A DNA stretch of 64,000 nt, taken from Verrucomicrobiota bacterium (GTDB lineage: Bacteria; Verrucomicrobiota; Lentisphaeria; JABSQK01; JAJFLO01). Positions within the stretch are counted from its first letter, which is position 1. Every line of letters begins with the position of its first letter. A program made the translations under genes and the position numbers. The stretch is taken from positions 207 through 64,206 of the forward strand of contig JAJFLQ010000160.1 in assembly GCA_021772615.1 (NCBI GenBank). Direction: 5' to 3'. The notes beneath the pieces were generated by a model. That model had not been told where the DNA came from. It made no database searches and saw nothing but the letters and a program-made list of their open reading frames with translations. Below, piece by piece: positions 45,693-55,758 of the stretch.

Positions 45693-45932
45693 TCAACCGT
45701 TCGATTCGATATACTTGATGACGTGGTCGACCGTTTGCAATTTCTCGGCATCTTCATCATCAATCTCGGTGCCGAATTCCTCTTCCAGCGCCATAATAAG
45801 CTCCACGGTGTCAAGTGAATCGGCACCCAGATCGTCTACGAACTTGGCGTTGGGCGTTACCTGCGCCTCATCTACGCCAAGTTGCTCCACTACAATTTTC
45901 TTTACACGCTCCGCTATGTTTTCCATAGTCAA
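45693..45932 (-). CDS. acpP: Acyl carrier protein
   Basis: '[19 protein letters not shown]' is present, with the phosphopantetheine Ser in DSL. 79 aa. Confidence 0.9.
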   Translation of the reverse strand: MTMENIAERVKKIVVEQLGVDEAQVTPNAKFVDDLGADSLDTVELIMALEEEFGTEIDDEDAEKLQTVDHVIKYIESNG

Positions 45933-46059
45933 TCCTCCACTTTACTCTTTGGAATTCAAGATTGTCTGGTATGATTCCGTATGATTGAATACAGCTTGAT
46001 CGTCAAATTTGAAAAAGCCCTAATATGCTTTTCAGTGTGGGAATGTCAACCCCGCAGAG

Positions 46060-46800
46060 TTACATCGCCAGACCGCCGTCGACATTGAAAGTCTGACCGG
46101 TTATGTAGGACGCGTCATCGGATGCCAGGTAGCAGACAAGACTTGCCACTTCGTCGGGCTTCCCGGCACGACGCAATGGTATGTTATCGAGAAATGTGTC
46201 CTTGGCCTGGGCGATCAAATTTCTGGTCATGTCGGTTTCTATGTAACCCGGAGCGACGGCGTTGATGGTTATGGATCGCGCGGCGAATTCTCTCGCCGCA
46301 CTCTTTGTCAGTCCGATTATCCCGGCCTTCGACGCGGCGTAATTCGACTGGCCGGCGTTGCCGACGAGCCCGACGATTGACGCAATATTGATTATGCGGC
46401 CAAACCTTGCCTTTGTCATCGGCCGCGAGACCGCCTTCATGCAGTTAAATGTACCCTTGAGGTTTACGTCGAGAACGAGATCCCATTCGTCCATTTTCAT
46501 TCGCAGCATGAGGTTATCACGCGTGATACCGGCATTGTTCACCAGTATATCGATACGCCCGTGCTCGGCCATCACGTGTTTCACCATAGCCGCTACATCA
46601 TCTGGATCGGCAACGTTTACGGTAACATTCGCGACATTCAGACCTTCCTCAGCCAGCGACCGAAGCGCCTCCTTTCCGGAATCCGGGTTCACATTGCCTA
46701 TGACCACACTGGCGCCCTCCGCGGCAAATCGTCGGGCAATTGCCTTACCGATGCCCCGTGTGCCCCCGGTGATTATTGCAACCTTTCCCTTCAGCTTCAT
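46060..46800 (-). CDS. fabG: 3-oxoacyl-ACP reductase
   Basis: It is a short-chain dehydrogenase/reductase. The NAD(P)-binding motif is 'TGGTRGIGKAIA', and 'NAG' and 'YAASKAG' are present. Confidence 0.9.
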   Translation of the reverse strand: MKLKGKVAIITGGTRGIGKAIARRFAAEGASVVIGNVNPDSGKEALRSLAEEGLNVANVTVNVADPDDVAAMVKHVMAEHGRIDILVNNAGITRDNLMLRMKMDEWDLVLDVNLKGTFNCMKAVSRPMTKARFGRIINIASIVGLVGNAGQSNYAASKAGIIGLTKSAAREFAARSITINAVAPGYIETDMTRNLIAQAKDTFLDNIPLRRAGKPDEVASLVCYLASDDASYITGQTFNVDGGLAM

Positions 46801-46832
46801 TTTCCTCCCTCACTTTCCTGATCGATCAGATG

Positions 46833-47831
46833 TCACCAGCGAATAAGATTCGCACCCCATGTCAAACCACCGCCGAACGCAACCAGGAGAACGTAATCGC
46901 CTTTGCTCACCAGCCCGTTGCGTACGATTTCATCGAGCGCGATAGGTATTGTCGCACCAGATGTGTTGCCGTACTTATCCACGTTGATATACGCCCGCTC
47001 AAGGGGCATATCAAGCCGCTTTGCGACACTGTGGATGATCCGTGTATTGGCCTGATGCGGAACGAGCCAGCGGATATCATCCTTGGTCACATTTGCGGCT
47101 TCCATTGTCTCGACAGCAGCGGCAACCATAGTGTTCACCGCAAGCTTAAACACCTCCTGCCCGGACATATTAAGGTAGTGCAGCTCGTTCTTGAGTACAT
47201 CCGCGGAAAACGGTATGGCCGAGCCGCCGCCGGGTACGTGAAGGATATCGGTGTAGTTGCCGTCCGAGCCGAGTTTCGAATAGAGGTATGTGTTGTCCTC
47301 CGGCGCGCAGGCGGACAGCACCACGGCGCCTGCACCATCACCGAACAGCACGCACGTGCTGCGATCGTTCCAATTGATGATAGATGAAAGCTTCTCTGCT
47401 CCCACCAGCAACGCGTGGCTGTAGAGTCCGGTCCGTATCAGCGCAGCGCCGATCGCCATGATGTAGACAAAGCCGGAGCAAGCCGCCTCAACCGAAAAGC
47501 AGGTGGCGTTCGACGCACCGATGCGTTTTTGCACAAAACACGCCGTGTTGGGAAATATCTTGTCGGGACTGATCGTGGCCACGATGATCAAATCGATGTC
47601 TTCCGGCGTCAGGCCCGCGGCGTCAAGCGCGTTCAGGGACGCAAGCGCGCCCAGGGCGGAACTGGGCTGGTCATCCGCGGCGATACGCCGTTCGACGATG
47701 CCGGTGCGGGTCTGGATCCACTCATCGGTGGTGTCGACCATACCTTCCAGCTCTTTATTCGACAAAATTTTCTCGGGCAGATACGAACCGGTTCCGGTAA
47801 TACGTATCCCTATACCCTCATGATTAGTCAT
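46833..47831 (-). CDS. fabH: 3-oxoacyl-ACP synthase III (KAS III)
   Basis: The active-site Cys is in 'VEAACSGFVY'. 'HQAN' and 'GNTSGA' are present. 332 aa. Confidence 0.9.
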   Translation of the reverse strand: MTNHEGIGIRITGTGSYLPEKILSNKELEGMVDTTDEWIQTRTGIVERRIAADDQPSSALGALASLNALDAAGLTPEDIDLIIVATISPDKIFPNTACFVQKRIGASNATCFSVEAACSGFVYIMAIGAALIRTGLYSHALLVGAEKLSSIINWNDRSTCVLFGDGAGAVVLSACAPEDNTYLYSKLGSDGNYTDILHVPGGGSAIPFSADVLKNELHYLNMSGQEVFKLAVNTMVAAAVETMEAANVTKDDIRWLVPHQANTRIIHSVAKRLDMPLERAYINVDKYGNTSGATIPIALDEIVRNGLVSKGDYVLLVAFGGGLTWGANLIRW

Positions 47832-47871
47832 GCACCTGTTCCTTCCAAATTCTCACTGGTCTCAACCGCTT

Positions 47872-48900
47872 TCATGACACTGCGGATACGGATTTCCAGT
47901 CGATACCGGCAATGCGCGCTGCCACATACTGGTTGTATTGATGCCGGATCATTTCGCGGGACACGCGGATGGCATTGCGAATCGCCTTGGCCGATGACGA
48001 GCCGTGGGCGATGATACATATACCGTTGATACCCAGTAACGGCGCGCCGCCGTATTCTTCGTGATCAATAATTTCTTTTAACTCGCTAAACGCATTCTTG
48101 GATAGAAACGCGCCGGCCATGCGTACCGGTGACTTTTTTAGATTCTGCTTCAAGATCCCTGAGATCGCTTTTGCGAGGCCTTCGCAGCATTTCAGCACCA
48201 CATTACCGACAAAGCCATCGCAAACAACGACATCGACGCCATTCGCAAATAAGTCCTTGCCCTCGACATTACCCACAAAATTCAATGGCAGCCGACTCAG
48301 GATTTTGTGAGCAGTCTTTGTCAGTTCATTGCCCTTCTCATCCTCACCACCGATACTGAGAATACCGACTCGTGGTTTCTCTACTCGCAGCACCATCTGC
48401 GAATACGCCTCGCCAAGAATGGCATACTGGGCAAGGTGGAGGGGCTTACAATCGACATTCGCACCAATGTCGACAATGGTAAACGGCCCTTTCGGGGCCG
48501 GAAACACACTGGCGATACCGGGCCGATCAATGCCCGGCAACATTCGATTCAACACTACGGTTGAAGCGACGGCGGCGCCGGTATGTCCTGCGCTAACCAC
48601 TGCATCGGCGCGTCCAGCTTTGACCAGCCCGGCAGCTACGGAAATAGTCGAATCTTTCTTCTGCCGTATCGCAACCTTGGACGCCTCATGCATCTCTACG
48701 ACCTGCGAAGCATGGACAAGTTCGATGCGCGAGTCGGTGTCGGCAAGGCCGTGCTCTACTAATTTCGCTGCCACGCGGTCGCGGTCACCAACGAGCAGTA
48801 CTTTATTGATGTCGGGAAAATCGGCCAGCGCGCAGGCAACGCCTTTAATGATTTGTTCCGGAGCGAAATCGCCACCCATCGCATCAATGGCAATATTCAT
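47872..48900 (-). CDS. plsX: Phosphate acyltransferase PlsX
   Basis: 'IAIDAMGGDFAPE' is the N-terminal signature. 342 aa. Its ATG overlaps the yceD stop (ATGA). Confidence 0.9.
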   Translation of the reverse strand: MNIAIDAMGGDFAPEQIIKGVACALADFPDINKVLLVGDRDRVAAKLVEHGLADTDSRIELVHASQVVEMHEASKVAIRQKKDSTISVAAGLVKAGRADAVVSAGHTGAAVASTVVLNRMLPGIDRPGIASVFPAPKGPFTIVDIGANVDCKPLHLAQYAILGEAYSQMVLRVEKPRVGILSIGGEDEKGNELTKTAHKILSRLPLNFVGNVEGKDLFANGVDVVVCDGFVGNVVLKCCEGLAKAISGILKQNLKKSPVRMAGAFLSKNAFSELKEIIDHEEYGGAPLLGINGICIIAHGSSSAKAIRNAIRVSREMIRHQYNQYVAARIAGIDWKSVSAVS

Positions 48901-49373
48901 AACTCAAGGCGATCCAATTGACTCCATGCATTGATCGGGTCACTGGCGACGCCGCAGTTGCAGTTGCCCCGGTTGAGATTCGTACCGCAGATTGAGCATA
49001 AACCGCGGCATTCGGGATTACAAAGATATTTCTGTGGAAACATGATTAAAATATCCTCCCTGATAGCCTCGGTCAGATCAACGATTTTGTCCGTGGGAAT
49101 CACCACAAGGTGGCATATGTCCGCATTTGTAATGACGTGACCGTAAGATGCCAGACAACGGTCACATGGACCGTGAATAATGGTGGAAACAACACCCTTT
49201 GCAAGCAGCTCCTCACTCACCAGCGCAATGTGAAGCCGATAGTCGATCGCCGCAATATCACGATCCGGCAGACTGTCTCCAAGATCCAGAATGGTCGGCA
49301 GAAGCTGCCCTGCCATTTCCAGCCCCGGTGCCTGTATATGGGCCGCGTTGATGCGTAATCGCCGTTTTTTCAT
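48897..49373 (-). CDS. yceD: YceD/DUF177 family protein (23S rRNA accumulation protein)
   Basis: The Cys-rich C-terminus reads 'CNPECRGLCSICGTNLNRGNCNCG...DPINAWSQLDRL'. It sits immediately upstream of plsX. The start is uncertain (MKKRRL at 49373; the ORF runs to 49391). Confidence 0.65.
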   Translation of the reverse strand: MKKRRLRINAAHIQAPGLEMAGQLLPTILDLGDSLPDRDIAAIDYRLHIALVSEELLAKGVVSTIIHGPCDRCLASYGHVITNADICHLVVIPTDKIVDLTEAIREDILIMFPQKYLCNPECRGLCSICGTNLNRGNCNCGVASDPINAWSQLDRLEL

Positions 49374-50095
49374 CGTTAAGCAGAATAGCACGCATTAAGG
49401 CACGTTGCCATTCAGTCGCTAATCAGACAAATGTCGCACCCGGGCTGGAGATTGCCGCCGCATCCAAGAAATTGCGCACCAGACGCGCAACGACCGGGCA
49501 TCGCGTATCGAGACCCGTAGTGGGCAAGAATATACTGAAGCACCACCGTCGACACAAGAACGAACACTGAAAATACTGTATTGCCATGGATTCATTCAGG
49601 CGGCACACGGTGGCGAGCCGCCGCGCGCGTTAGCGAAGACGCCCTGAACGCCCCTATATCCTGCGGAATTCGACAGTGCAAATGCACCGGCAGGCATGTT
49701 GAAATTCGCAGGTTTCCGGGTAAGTGTGTTTCTGATTTCCGGGCCCACGCTTCCTACCTGCCATTGCGTAGATTGACCATGCAACGAAACGCTGCTCCAT
49801 GATCACATTTGTAATCACGCTGCTCATACGCATCCTCCGATTACCCTTCGACTTTGTCCTGTTGACCATACACTGGTTCCGCGGAACCAGCTGGCTTATC
49901 GGATTCACGATCAAGGACCACTTCGAACTTCCCAAAGAAACGAGTTGGCCGTTCGACTGCCTGACGGCACAAACGAAATCCGGTGAGCCTGCCTGCCTGC
50001 CTGGGAAAAAGTACGGCAACGCATTCGTGTTTCACATGCTCTGCCCCGATCATTCACAAGCACGGTGCAATTCGGTATGTGAAAGTCGGTGCGCG

Positions 50096-51916
50096 ATGAA
50101 GCTCTACGAAAGTCGAGATGCCTGGCGTCCGTCATGGTTTCGGATCGCCATGACTGGCATGCTGCTGGCATTGCTGTGGTCGGTACCTGCGTACTCGTGC
50201 GTGATGGAGGTAAAAAAGCGTATACCGAAACACTACAAGACGGCGCTCCGCGCCATGATAACGCGCGATCGCAATGAACCAGTCACCGTGACACCGGCGC
50301 CGGCACAGCAGGACGAACAGGAGATCGATGATTTTTTTGAACACGCGGAGGCATTGGCGGCGGCGCTACGCTACGAAGAGGCATTACTGGACTATAACAA
50401 CGCAGTCCGAAACGACCCGGAAAATGCCGCGATCCACATGGCACGCGGCAATTGCCTGGCCGCACTCAACCGCAATGACGACGCCCTGCGTGCCTTTCGA
50501 TATGCCGCACAACTGGGGCCGGACCTGTTTGAGGCACAACTGGCAGTGAGCCGAATGGCGAGCAAACTGGGACTCATAAATCAGGCACTTCGGGCAGCGC
50601 AAAAAGCCCGCGAGATGCATCCGCGAGACCCGGAATTGCATGTTATAATCGCAACATGTCAGGCAAGTTACGGCGACACCAAAAATGCAAGGGAGACGCT
50701 CACACAGCTGACGAAGCTGCCGGCACTTGATACCGGCACACTGGTCTTGGCCGGCTTTCTCTTTTTCCAGTTGGGCGACTTCGACCATGCCAGGTCAATG
50801 TACGACAATGCGCTGGTTTCAGCACCCGATTCGGTCAATGCCCGCATCGGCCAGGCTTATGTGGAGATTGCCGAAGCCCGCTTTGGCGAAGCTGAAGCGA
50901 TCGTTACCGGGATTCTGGAGAAGGAGCCGGAGAACGTGAAGGCCGCCGAGTGTATGGCCGAACTGTACTATAACCGCGGCGAAATCAGGGAGGCAGTAAA
51001 GTCCTACGAAAATCTGATCGCGAGAAACCCGGAAAAATCGGCGATCAAGATACGCCTCGCCGAAATCCTGATCAAAGCACGAAATATTGATCGCGGCATC
51101 CAACTCCTGAAGGCCGTACTCGACAGCGAGCCCGAACACATTCCGGCGCGGCTGCAACTTGCCGCTGCGTATCTGGACATTCGCCTGTTTTCGGCTGCCG
51201 AAGAACAGGCACTCGCCATTTTGCGCGGCAATGACCGTATCTTCAAGGCGCGGCTGCTTCTGATACGGGCATTTATTGGCCAGGGACTGCTTGAAGAGGC
51301 AATCGCGCATATCGAGAAAAGCCTGAAAACTTTCCCAAATCAGTTAGACCTTCAGCTCATCCTCGCCGATGCGTATCGTCAGCTTGGCGACAAACAGAAG
51401 GCTGTCGACTATTTTCGTCAGGCCGCAACAGCCCACCCGGGCACCATCACGCCGTTATTAAACCTGGGGAAGATACACAAACACTACCTGGAATTTGATG
51501 CCGCGATAGATGCCTACCGCAGCGTATTGAAGATCCAACCCGAGAATCCGGTCGCGGCGAATAATCTTGCGATGCTTTTGATCGAAACCGCGACGGACAT
51601 CGACGAAGCCCTCGCGATCGCTGCAGCGCTGCACGAAGCCTACCCGGAACACGCCGAGATTACGGACACCCTCGGCCTGGCGCATCTTGAGGCCGGAAGG
51701 AGCGAGCAGGCCGTAACATTGTTCTCTATCTGCGTTGAACAACGACCTGACCAACCGATTTATCATCTGCATCTCGGCAAGGCGTTGGCACGTGCCGGTC
51801 GAGAAGCCGCCGCATTGCAGTCCCTGCAGCACGCCCTTACCTTGTCGGACGACTTCGGCGGTGCGGCAGAGGCCCAAGAGCTTATCGACAAGATCAGGGC
51901 CGACACACGGCGGTAA
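50096..51916 (+). CDS. Tetratricopeptide-repeat protein with an N-terminal signal/anchor
   Basis: Multiple TPR-like A/L/Y-rich 34-aa repeats run throughout. The N-terminal hydrophobic segment is WFRIAMTGMLLALLWSVPAYSC. The ORF could extend to 49799. Confidence 0.55.
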   Translation: MKLYESRDAWRPSWFRIAMTGMLLALLWSVPAYSCVMEVKKRIPKHYKTALRAMITRDRNEPVTVTPAPAQQDEQEIDDFFEHAEALAAALRYEEALLDYNNAVRNDPENAAIHMARGNCLAALNRNDDALRAFRYAAQLGPDLFEAQLAVSRMASKLGLINQALRAAQKAREMHPRDPELHVIIATCQASYGDTKNARETLTQLTKLPALDTGTLVLAGFLFFQLGDFDHARSMYDNALVSAPDSVNARIGQAYVEIAEARFGEAEAIVTGILEKEPENVKAAECMAELYYNRGEIREAVKSYENLIARNPEKSAIKIRLAEILIKARNIDRGIQLLKAVLDSEPEHIPARLQLAAAYLDIRLFSAAEEQALAILRGNDRIFKARLLLIRAFIGQGLLEEAIAHIEKSLKTFPNQLDLQLILADAYRQLGDKQKAVDYFRQAATAHPGTITPLLNLGKIHKHYLEFDAAIDAYRSVLKIQPENPVAANNLAMLLIETATDIDEALAIAAALHEAYPEHAEITDTLGLAHLEAGRSEQAVTLFSICVEQRPDQPIYHLHLGKALARAGREAAALQSLQHALTLSDDFGGAAEAQELIDKIRADTRR

Positions 51917-52101
51917 CCGCCAGTCGCAGCAATCACCAGCAGCGCAACGGCGCATAGCCATAGTTGGTAGATTTTTTGTCAAACATCTGGAACTTTGGCA
52001 AACGAGCCCTGTCGAAGCGACTTTGAAAACCTTAGAAATGTACGGTAGCCGTGCAGGCATGATTCACGGCCGACCGTCATAATTACGGCGTATTAAGTAT
52101 C

Positions 52102-53064
52102 ATGATAAAAGTTGACAACCTCACCAAATGGTTTGGAAAAAATCTGGCCGTGGACGGCGTCTCGTTCGAGGTCGCGAAAGGTGAAGTGCTTGGATTTCTC
52201 GGACCAAACGGCGCCGGCAAGTCCACAACGATGCGGATGATTACCGGTTTCATTCCGTATGATATCGGAACGGTGACGATCGGCAGTTACAACATTGACG
52301 ACAACCCCCTCAAAGCAAAAGCAATGATGGGTTATCTTCCCGAAAACGCGCCGGCGTATGGAGATATGACCGTCGCGGCGTTTTTAGGCTTCATTGCAGC
52401 ATTGCGCGGTCTGTCGGGCAGAGATCGGCGCATTGCAGTCGACAAGGTTATCGAAACCTGTTTTCTCCGCCCAGTCCGGCACCAGTCGGTCGATACACTC
52501 TCAAAAGGGTATCTGCACAGAACGTGTTTCGCACAATCGATTATCCACGACCCCGATGTCCTGATTCTCGATGAGCCGACAGACGGCCTTGACCCCAACC
52601 AGAAGCACGAAGTGCGCAATCTCATCAAGCGCATGGGTGAACGCAAAGCGATTATCATCTCGACGCACATACTGGAAGAAGTAGACGCGGTCTGCAGCCG
52701 GGTGATTATCATCAACAACGGCAGACTTGTGGCCAACGGCAACCCGGCAGAATTGAAGGCACAGTCGAAATTGGCCGGTTCCGTGGTTGTGACCATACAC
52801 GGCGTCGCGTATAACGATGCCGCCAGACGACTCGAACAATGCGACGGTGCGAAATCCGTTCAGAACATTGCAGAAGAAAACGGCGCCTGCAAGGTACGCG
52901 TCTACCCGGAATCAAGCTCAGTAGCGAATGGACTGGCCGAACGCGTCCACGCTGCTGCGTCCGAATCAAATTGGATAATCAGTGAATTGCATCGCGAGGA
53001 CGGCCGGCTCGATGAAGTTTTCCGAACCATAACCACATCAGACACCGATACAGCACAACGATGA
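52102..53064 (+). CDS. gldA: ABC transporter ATP-binding protein (GldA-like)
   Basis: Walker A 'GPNGAGKST', the ABC signature 'LSKGYLHR' and Walker B 'ILILDEPTDGLD' are present. Confidence 0.8.
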   Translation: MIKVDNLTKWFGKNLAVDGVSFEVAKGEVLGFLGPNGAGKSTTMRMITGFIPYDIGTVTIGSYNIDDNPLKAKAMMGYLPENAPAYGDMTVAAFLGFIAALRGLSGRDRRIAVDKVIETCFLRPVRHQSVDTLSKGYLHRTCFAQSIIHDPDVLILDEPTDGLDPNQKHEVRNLIKRMGERKAIIISTHILEEVDAVCSRVIIINNGRLVANGNPAELKAQSKLAGSVVVTIHGVAYNDAARRLEQCDGAKSVQNIAEENGACKVRVYPESSSVANGLAERVHAAASESNWIISELHREDGRLDEVFRTITTSDTDTAQR

Positions 53065-53810
53065 ATTCCTCAATCAAAAACATACGTACGATCGTTGCCA
53101 AAGAACTCAGCAGTTATTTCGTCTCGCCGGTAGCGTACGTGTTTATCGTCGTTTTCCTGATGTTGTCGGGTGTGTTTACGCTTGTTTTCAGTCAGTACTT
53201 TGAGTTTAATGAGGCCACGCTGGATCCGTTCTTTTACTGGCACCCGTGGTTGTACATGGTTTTCGTACCCGCCGTCGGCATGCGCCTGTGGTCCGAAGAA
53301 CGCCGCAGCGGCACGCTCGAGTTGCTTCTGACGCTGCCCGTCACAGTATGGCAGGCGATCTGGGGAAAATACCTTGCCGGCTGCATTTTCCTGATTTTGT
53401 GCCTGTTCATGACGTTTCCCATGGTGATTACCGTGAACTACCTCGGCGACCCCGATCAGGGCAAGATCCTGTGCGGTTTCATCGGCAGTCTTCTGGTAGC
53501 ATTCACGTTTCTCGCGGTCAGCGGGTTGACCTCCGCCTTTACCAGGAATCAGGTGGTGAGTTTCATTATCTCACTTGTCGTCTGCTTCGGACTCATCTGT
53601 TGTGGCTGGCAGCCGGTCACCGATGCAATGGTAGCGTTCGACGTCCCCCCCGATGCGGTGAAATTCATCACGGCATCCAGCATTTTCACCCATTTCGAGA
53701 GTATCCAGAGAGGCGTCATCAACAGCCGCGACGTGGTCTACTATGTATCCATGATATGCTTTCTCATCTTCAGCACAAACGTCGTCTTAAACAGCCGCCG
53801 GGCAAACTAG
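53061..53810 (+). CDS. gldF: ABC-2 type permease (GldF-like)
   Basis: It has six predicted TM helices. The N-terminal 'IVAKELSSYFVSPVAYVFIVVFLMLSG' is typical of GldF/ABC-2 permeases. It overlaps gldA by 4 bp. Confidence 0.7.
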   Translation: MNSSIKNIRTIVAKELSSYFVSPVAYVFIVVFLMLSGVFTLVFSQYFEFNEATLDPFFYWHPWLYMVFVPAVGMRLWSEERRSGTLELLLTLPVTVWQAIWGKYLAGCIFLILCLFMTFPMVITVNYLGDPDQGKILCGFIGSLLVAFTFLAVSGLTSAFTRNQVVSFIISLVVCFGLICCGWQPVTDAMVAFDVPPDAVKFITASSIFTHFESIQRGVINSRDVVYYVSMICFLIFSTNVVLNSRRAN

Positions 53811-53829
53811 CAGTTCCGGCGTCTCAGGA

Positions 53830-55758
53830 TTGAAAGGCACCATGAGCACAACGACCAAACGAAATCAAACGTTCTTCTATTCGACTGCGGGCCTGTGCGT
53901 GTCCGTGCTGATTTTGATATTGGTGAATTATCTCGCAGCACACTCATTTGTGCGCGCCGACTTCACGGACGACAAGCTTCACACGCTTTCGCCGGGGACG
54001 AAAGAAGTCCTCTCCCGCCTGAAGTCGCCGGTTACGATTCGATTTTACTGCACGCAAGAGGCTGACGCCATGCCCAACAACCTCAAAAGTTACGGGGCGC
54101 GGATCGAGGACCTTCTGAAGGAGTTTGAGCTGGTCGGCGACGGAAAAATCCGCATCGAGATACATGACCCGGAACCCGATTCGGACGCAGAGGATGCAGC
54201 AGCGCTTGATGGTATCGAAGGTCAGCAGATTGCACCCGGCGAACGCATCTACTTTGGCCTGGCCGTAAGCTGTGTCGATCAAAGTCTGTCTGTTCCTTTC
54301 GTTTCACCGGCCGCCGAGAACCGGCTGGAATACAACATTACGCGCATGATCTATCGTGTATCCGACCCGCAGGAACTGAAGATCGGCATCATGTCATCGT
54401 TTCCTGTGATGGGCGGCGCCAACGCCGGCATGCCGCCGATGCCGCGCCAGCCCCGCGAACCGGCATGGGTCTTCGTCGACGAGTTGAAGAAGGATTTTGA
54501 CGTTGCCGAGATCGAGTCCACGACCGACGCGATCGACGATGACGTGGCGATACTGATCGTTATCCATCCAAAAGACGTGTCGGAAACCACATTATTTGCC
54601 ATAGACCAGTTCGTCCTGCGGGGCGGCAAGCTTGTTGCCTTCGTCGATTCGGCATCGGTGATGCAGTCGCAATTTCAGTCCGCACCACCGATGGGCGGTC
54701 AGGATGCGTCATCCAGCCTGGGCAAGCTTTTCGATGCCTGGGGCGTAGAATTCGAGGCAGACAAAGTCGTCGTCGATATGACATACAGCACCGAAGTAGG
54801 CGGACAAGGGGGACAGCGCCAGGTGTCGCCTGCTGTTTTGACCCTTGATAGTCGCGCCATGAATGCGGAGGATATCATCACCGGGCCGTTGGAGAATGTG
54901 ATTATGTTGTATGCCGGCGCATTCACCGGCGAGCCGGCCGAGGGCCTCAAAAAAACCGTTCTTATGAGAACGTCGACACAATCTCAACTGATCGACAGCT
55001 TCCGGGCGCAGCTGCCGGCCAGCACGATTCAGAAAGATTTCGAGTCGGACGACAAGGAGTACGCCCTTGCGATTCGCCTTCTGGGACGATTCAAGTCGGC
55101 GTTTCCCGACGGGAAACCGGAAGCCCCCGACGACGAAAGCGACGACTCGGCGAATTCTGAAGCCGCGGACAACGCATCATACCTTGCGGAAGCGGAGAAC
55201 GACAATGCTGTCATCTTAATCGGCGATGCCGATATGATCTACGACGATTTCTGGGTACGAAAATCAAATTTCTTCGGTCAAACGCTCCAACAGGTGATCA
55301 GCGAAAATAATGTGCTGCTGCAAAATTCCGTGGAGCAGCTGAGCGGGGACCAAAGTCTGATCTCGATCCGTTCACGCGGCGTAACCAAACGCCCGTTCAC
55401 CGTCATTCGCGACATGCAGATGGAAGCAGAAAAAAAATACAAGCAGGAAATGGCCAACCTGGAAGAGGAACTTTCCGAGGCGCAACAGAAGATCAACGAA
55501 TTGCAGAGCACCAAGAAGGATCAGAAACAAAAGTATATCATGTCGCCTGAGCAGACCCGGGAATTGGAAAAATTTCAGGAGAAACAGGTCGAGGTGCGGC
55601 GAAGACTCAAGGAGCTGCGGAAGCAGTTGCGCAAGGACATCGACCGTCTCGAGACCCGCCTCAAACTGGTCAACATACTCATGATGCCATTCGTCGTCGT
55701 TGTATGCGGCATCGGCTTTTATTTTGTACGACGCAACCGCGCGAGTTCATCACGATGA
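53830..55758 (+). CDS. gldG: GldG-like ABC-transporter auxiliary component (ABC_transp_aux family)
   Basis: The layout is an N-terminal TM anchor, a large extracytoplasmic domain, a coiled-coil segment and a C-terminal TM helix (ILMMPFVVVVCGIGFYFV). This matches GldG-family proteins. Confidence 0.65.
   Translation: MKGTMSTTTKRNQTFFYSTAGLCVSVLILILVNYLAAHSFVRADFTDDKLHTLSPGTKEVLSRLKSPVTIRFYCTQEADAMPNNLKSYGARIEDLLKEFELVGDGKIRIEIHDPEPDSDAEDAAALDGIEGQQIAPGERIYFGLAVSCVDQSLSVPFVSPAAENRLEYNITRMIYRVSDPQELKIGIMSSFPVMGGANAGMPPMPRQPREPAWVFVDELKKDFDVAEIESTTDAIDDDVAILIVIHPKDVSETTLFAIDQFVLRGGKLVAFVDSASVMQSQFQSAPPMGGQDASSSLGKLFDAWGVEFEADKVVVDMTYSTEVGGQGGQRQVSPAVLTLDSRAMNAEDIITGPLENVIMLYAGAFTGEPAEGLKKTVLMRTSTQSQLIDSFRAQLPASTIQKDFESDDKEYALAIRLLGRFKSAFPDGKPEAPDDESDDSANSEAADNASYLAEAENDNAVILIGDADMIYDDFWVRKSNFFGQTLQQVISENNVLLQNSVEQLSGDQSLISIRSRGVTKRPFTVIRDMQMEAEKKYKQEMANLEEELSEAQQKINELQSTKKDQKQKYIMSPEQTRELEKFQEKQVEVRRRLKELRKQLRKDIDRLETRLKLVNILMMPFVVVVCGIGFYFVRRNRASSSR

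Noticed and set aside
48890-48910. Looked for rpmF (ribosomal protein L32) between yceD and plsX
   Set aside because: The yceD stop and plsX start overlap (ATGA). No small L32-like ORF (MAVPKRK...) exists in any frame here.
49799-50095. N-terminal 99-aa extension of the TPR ORF as the definite start
   Set aside because: No obvious RBS is present. The internal Met at 50096 is followed by a classic signal-peptide-like segment. The extension was kept only as an alternative.
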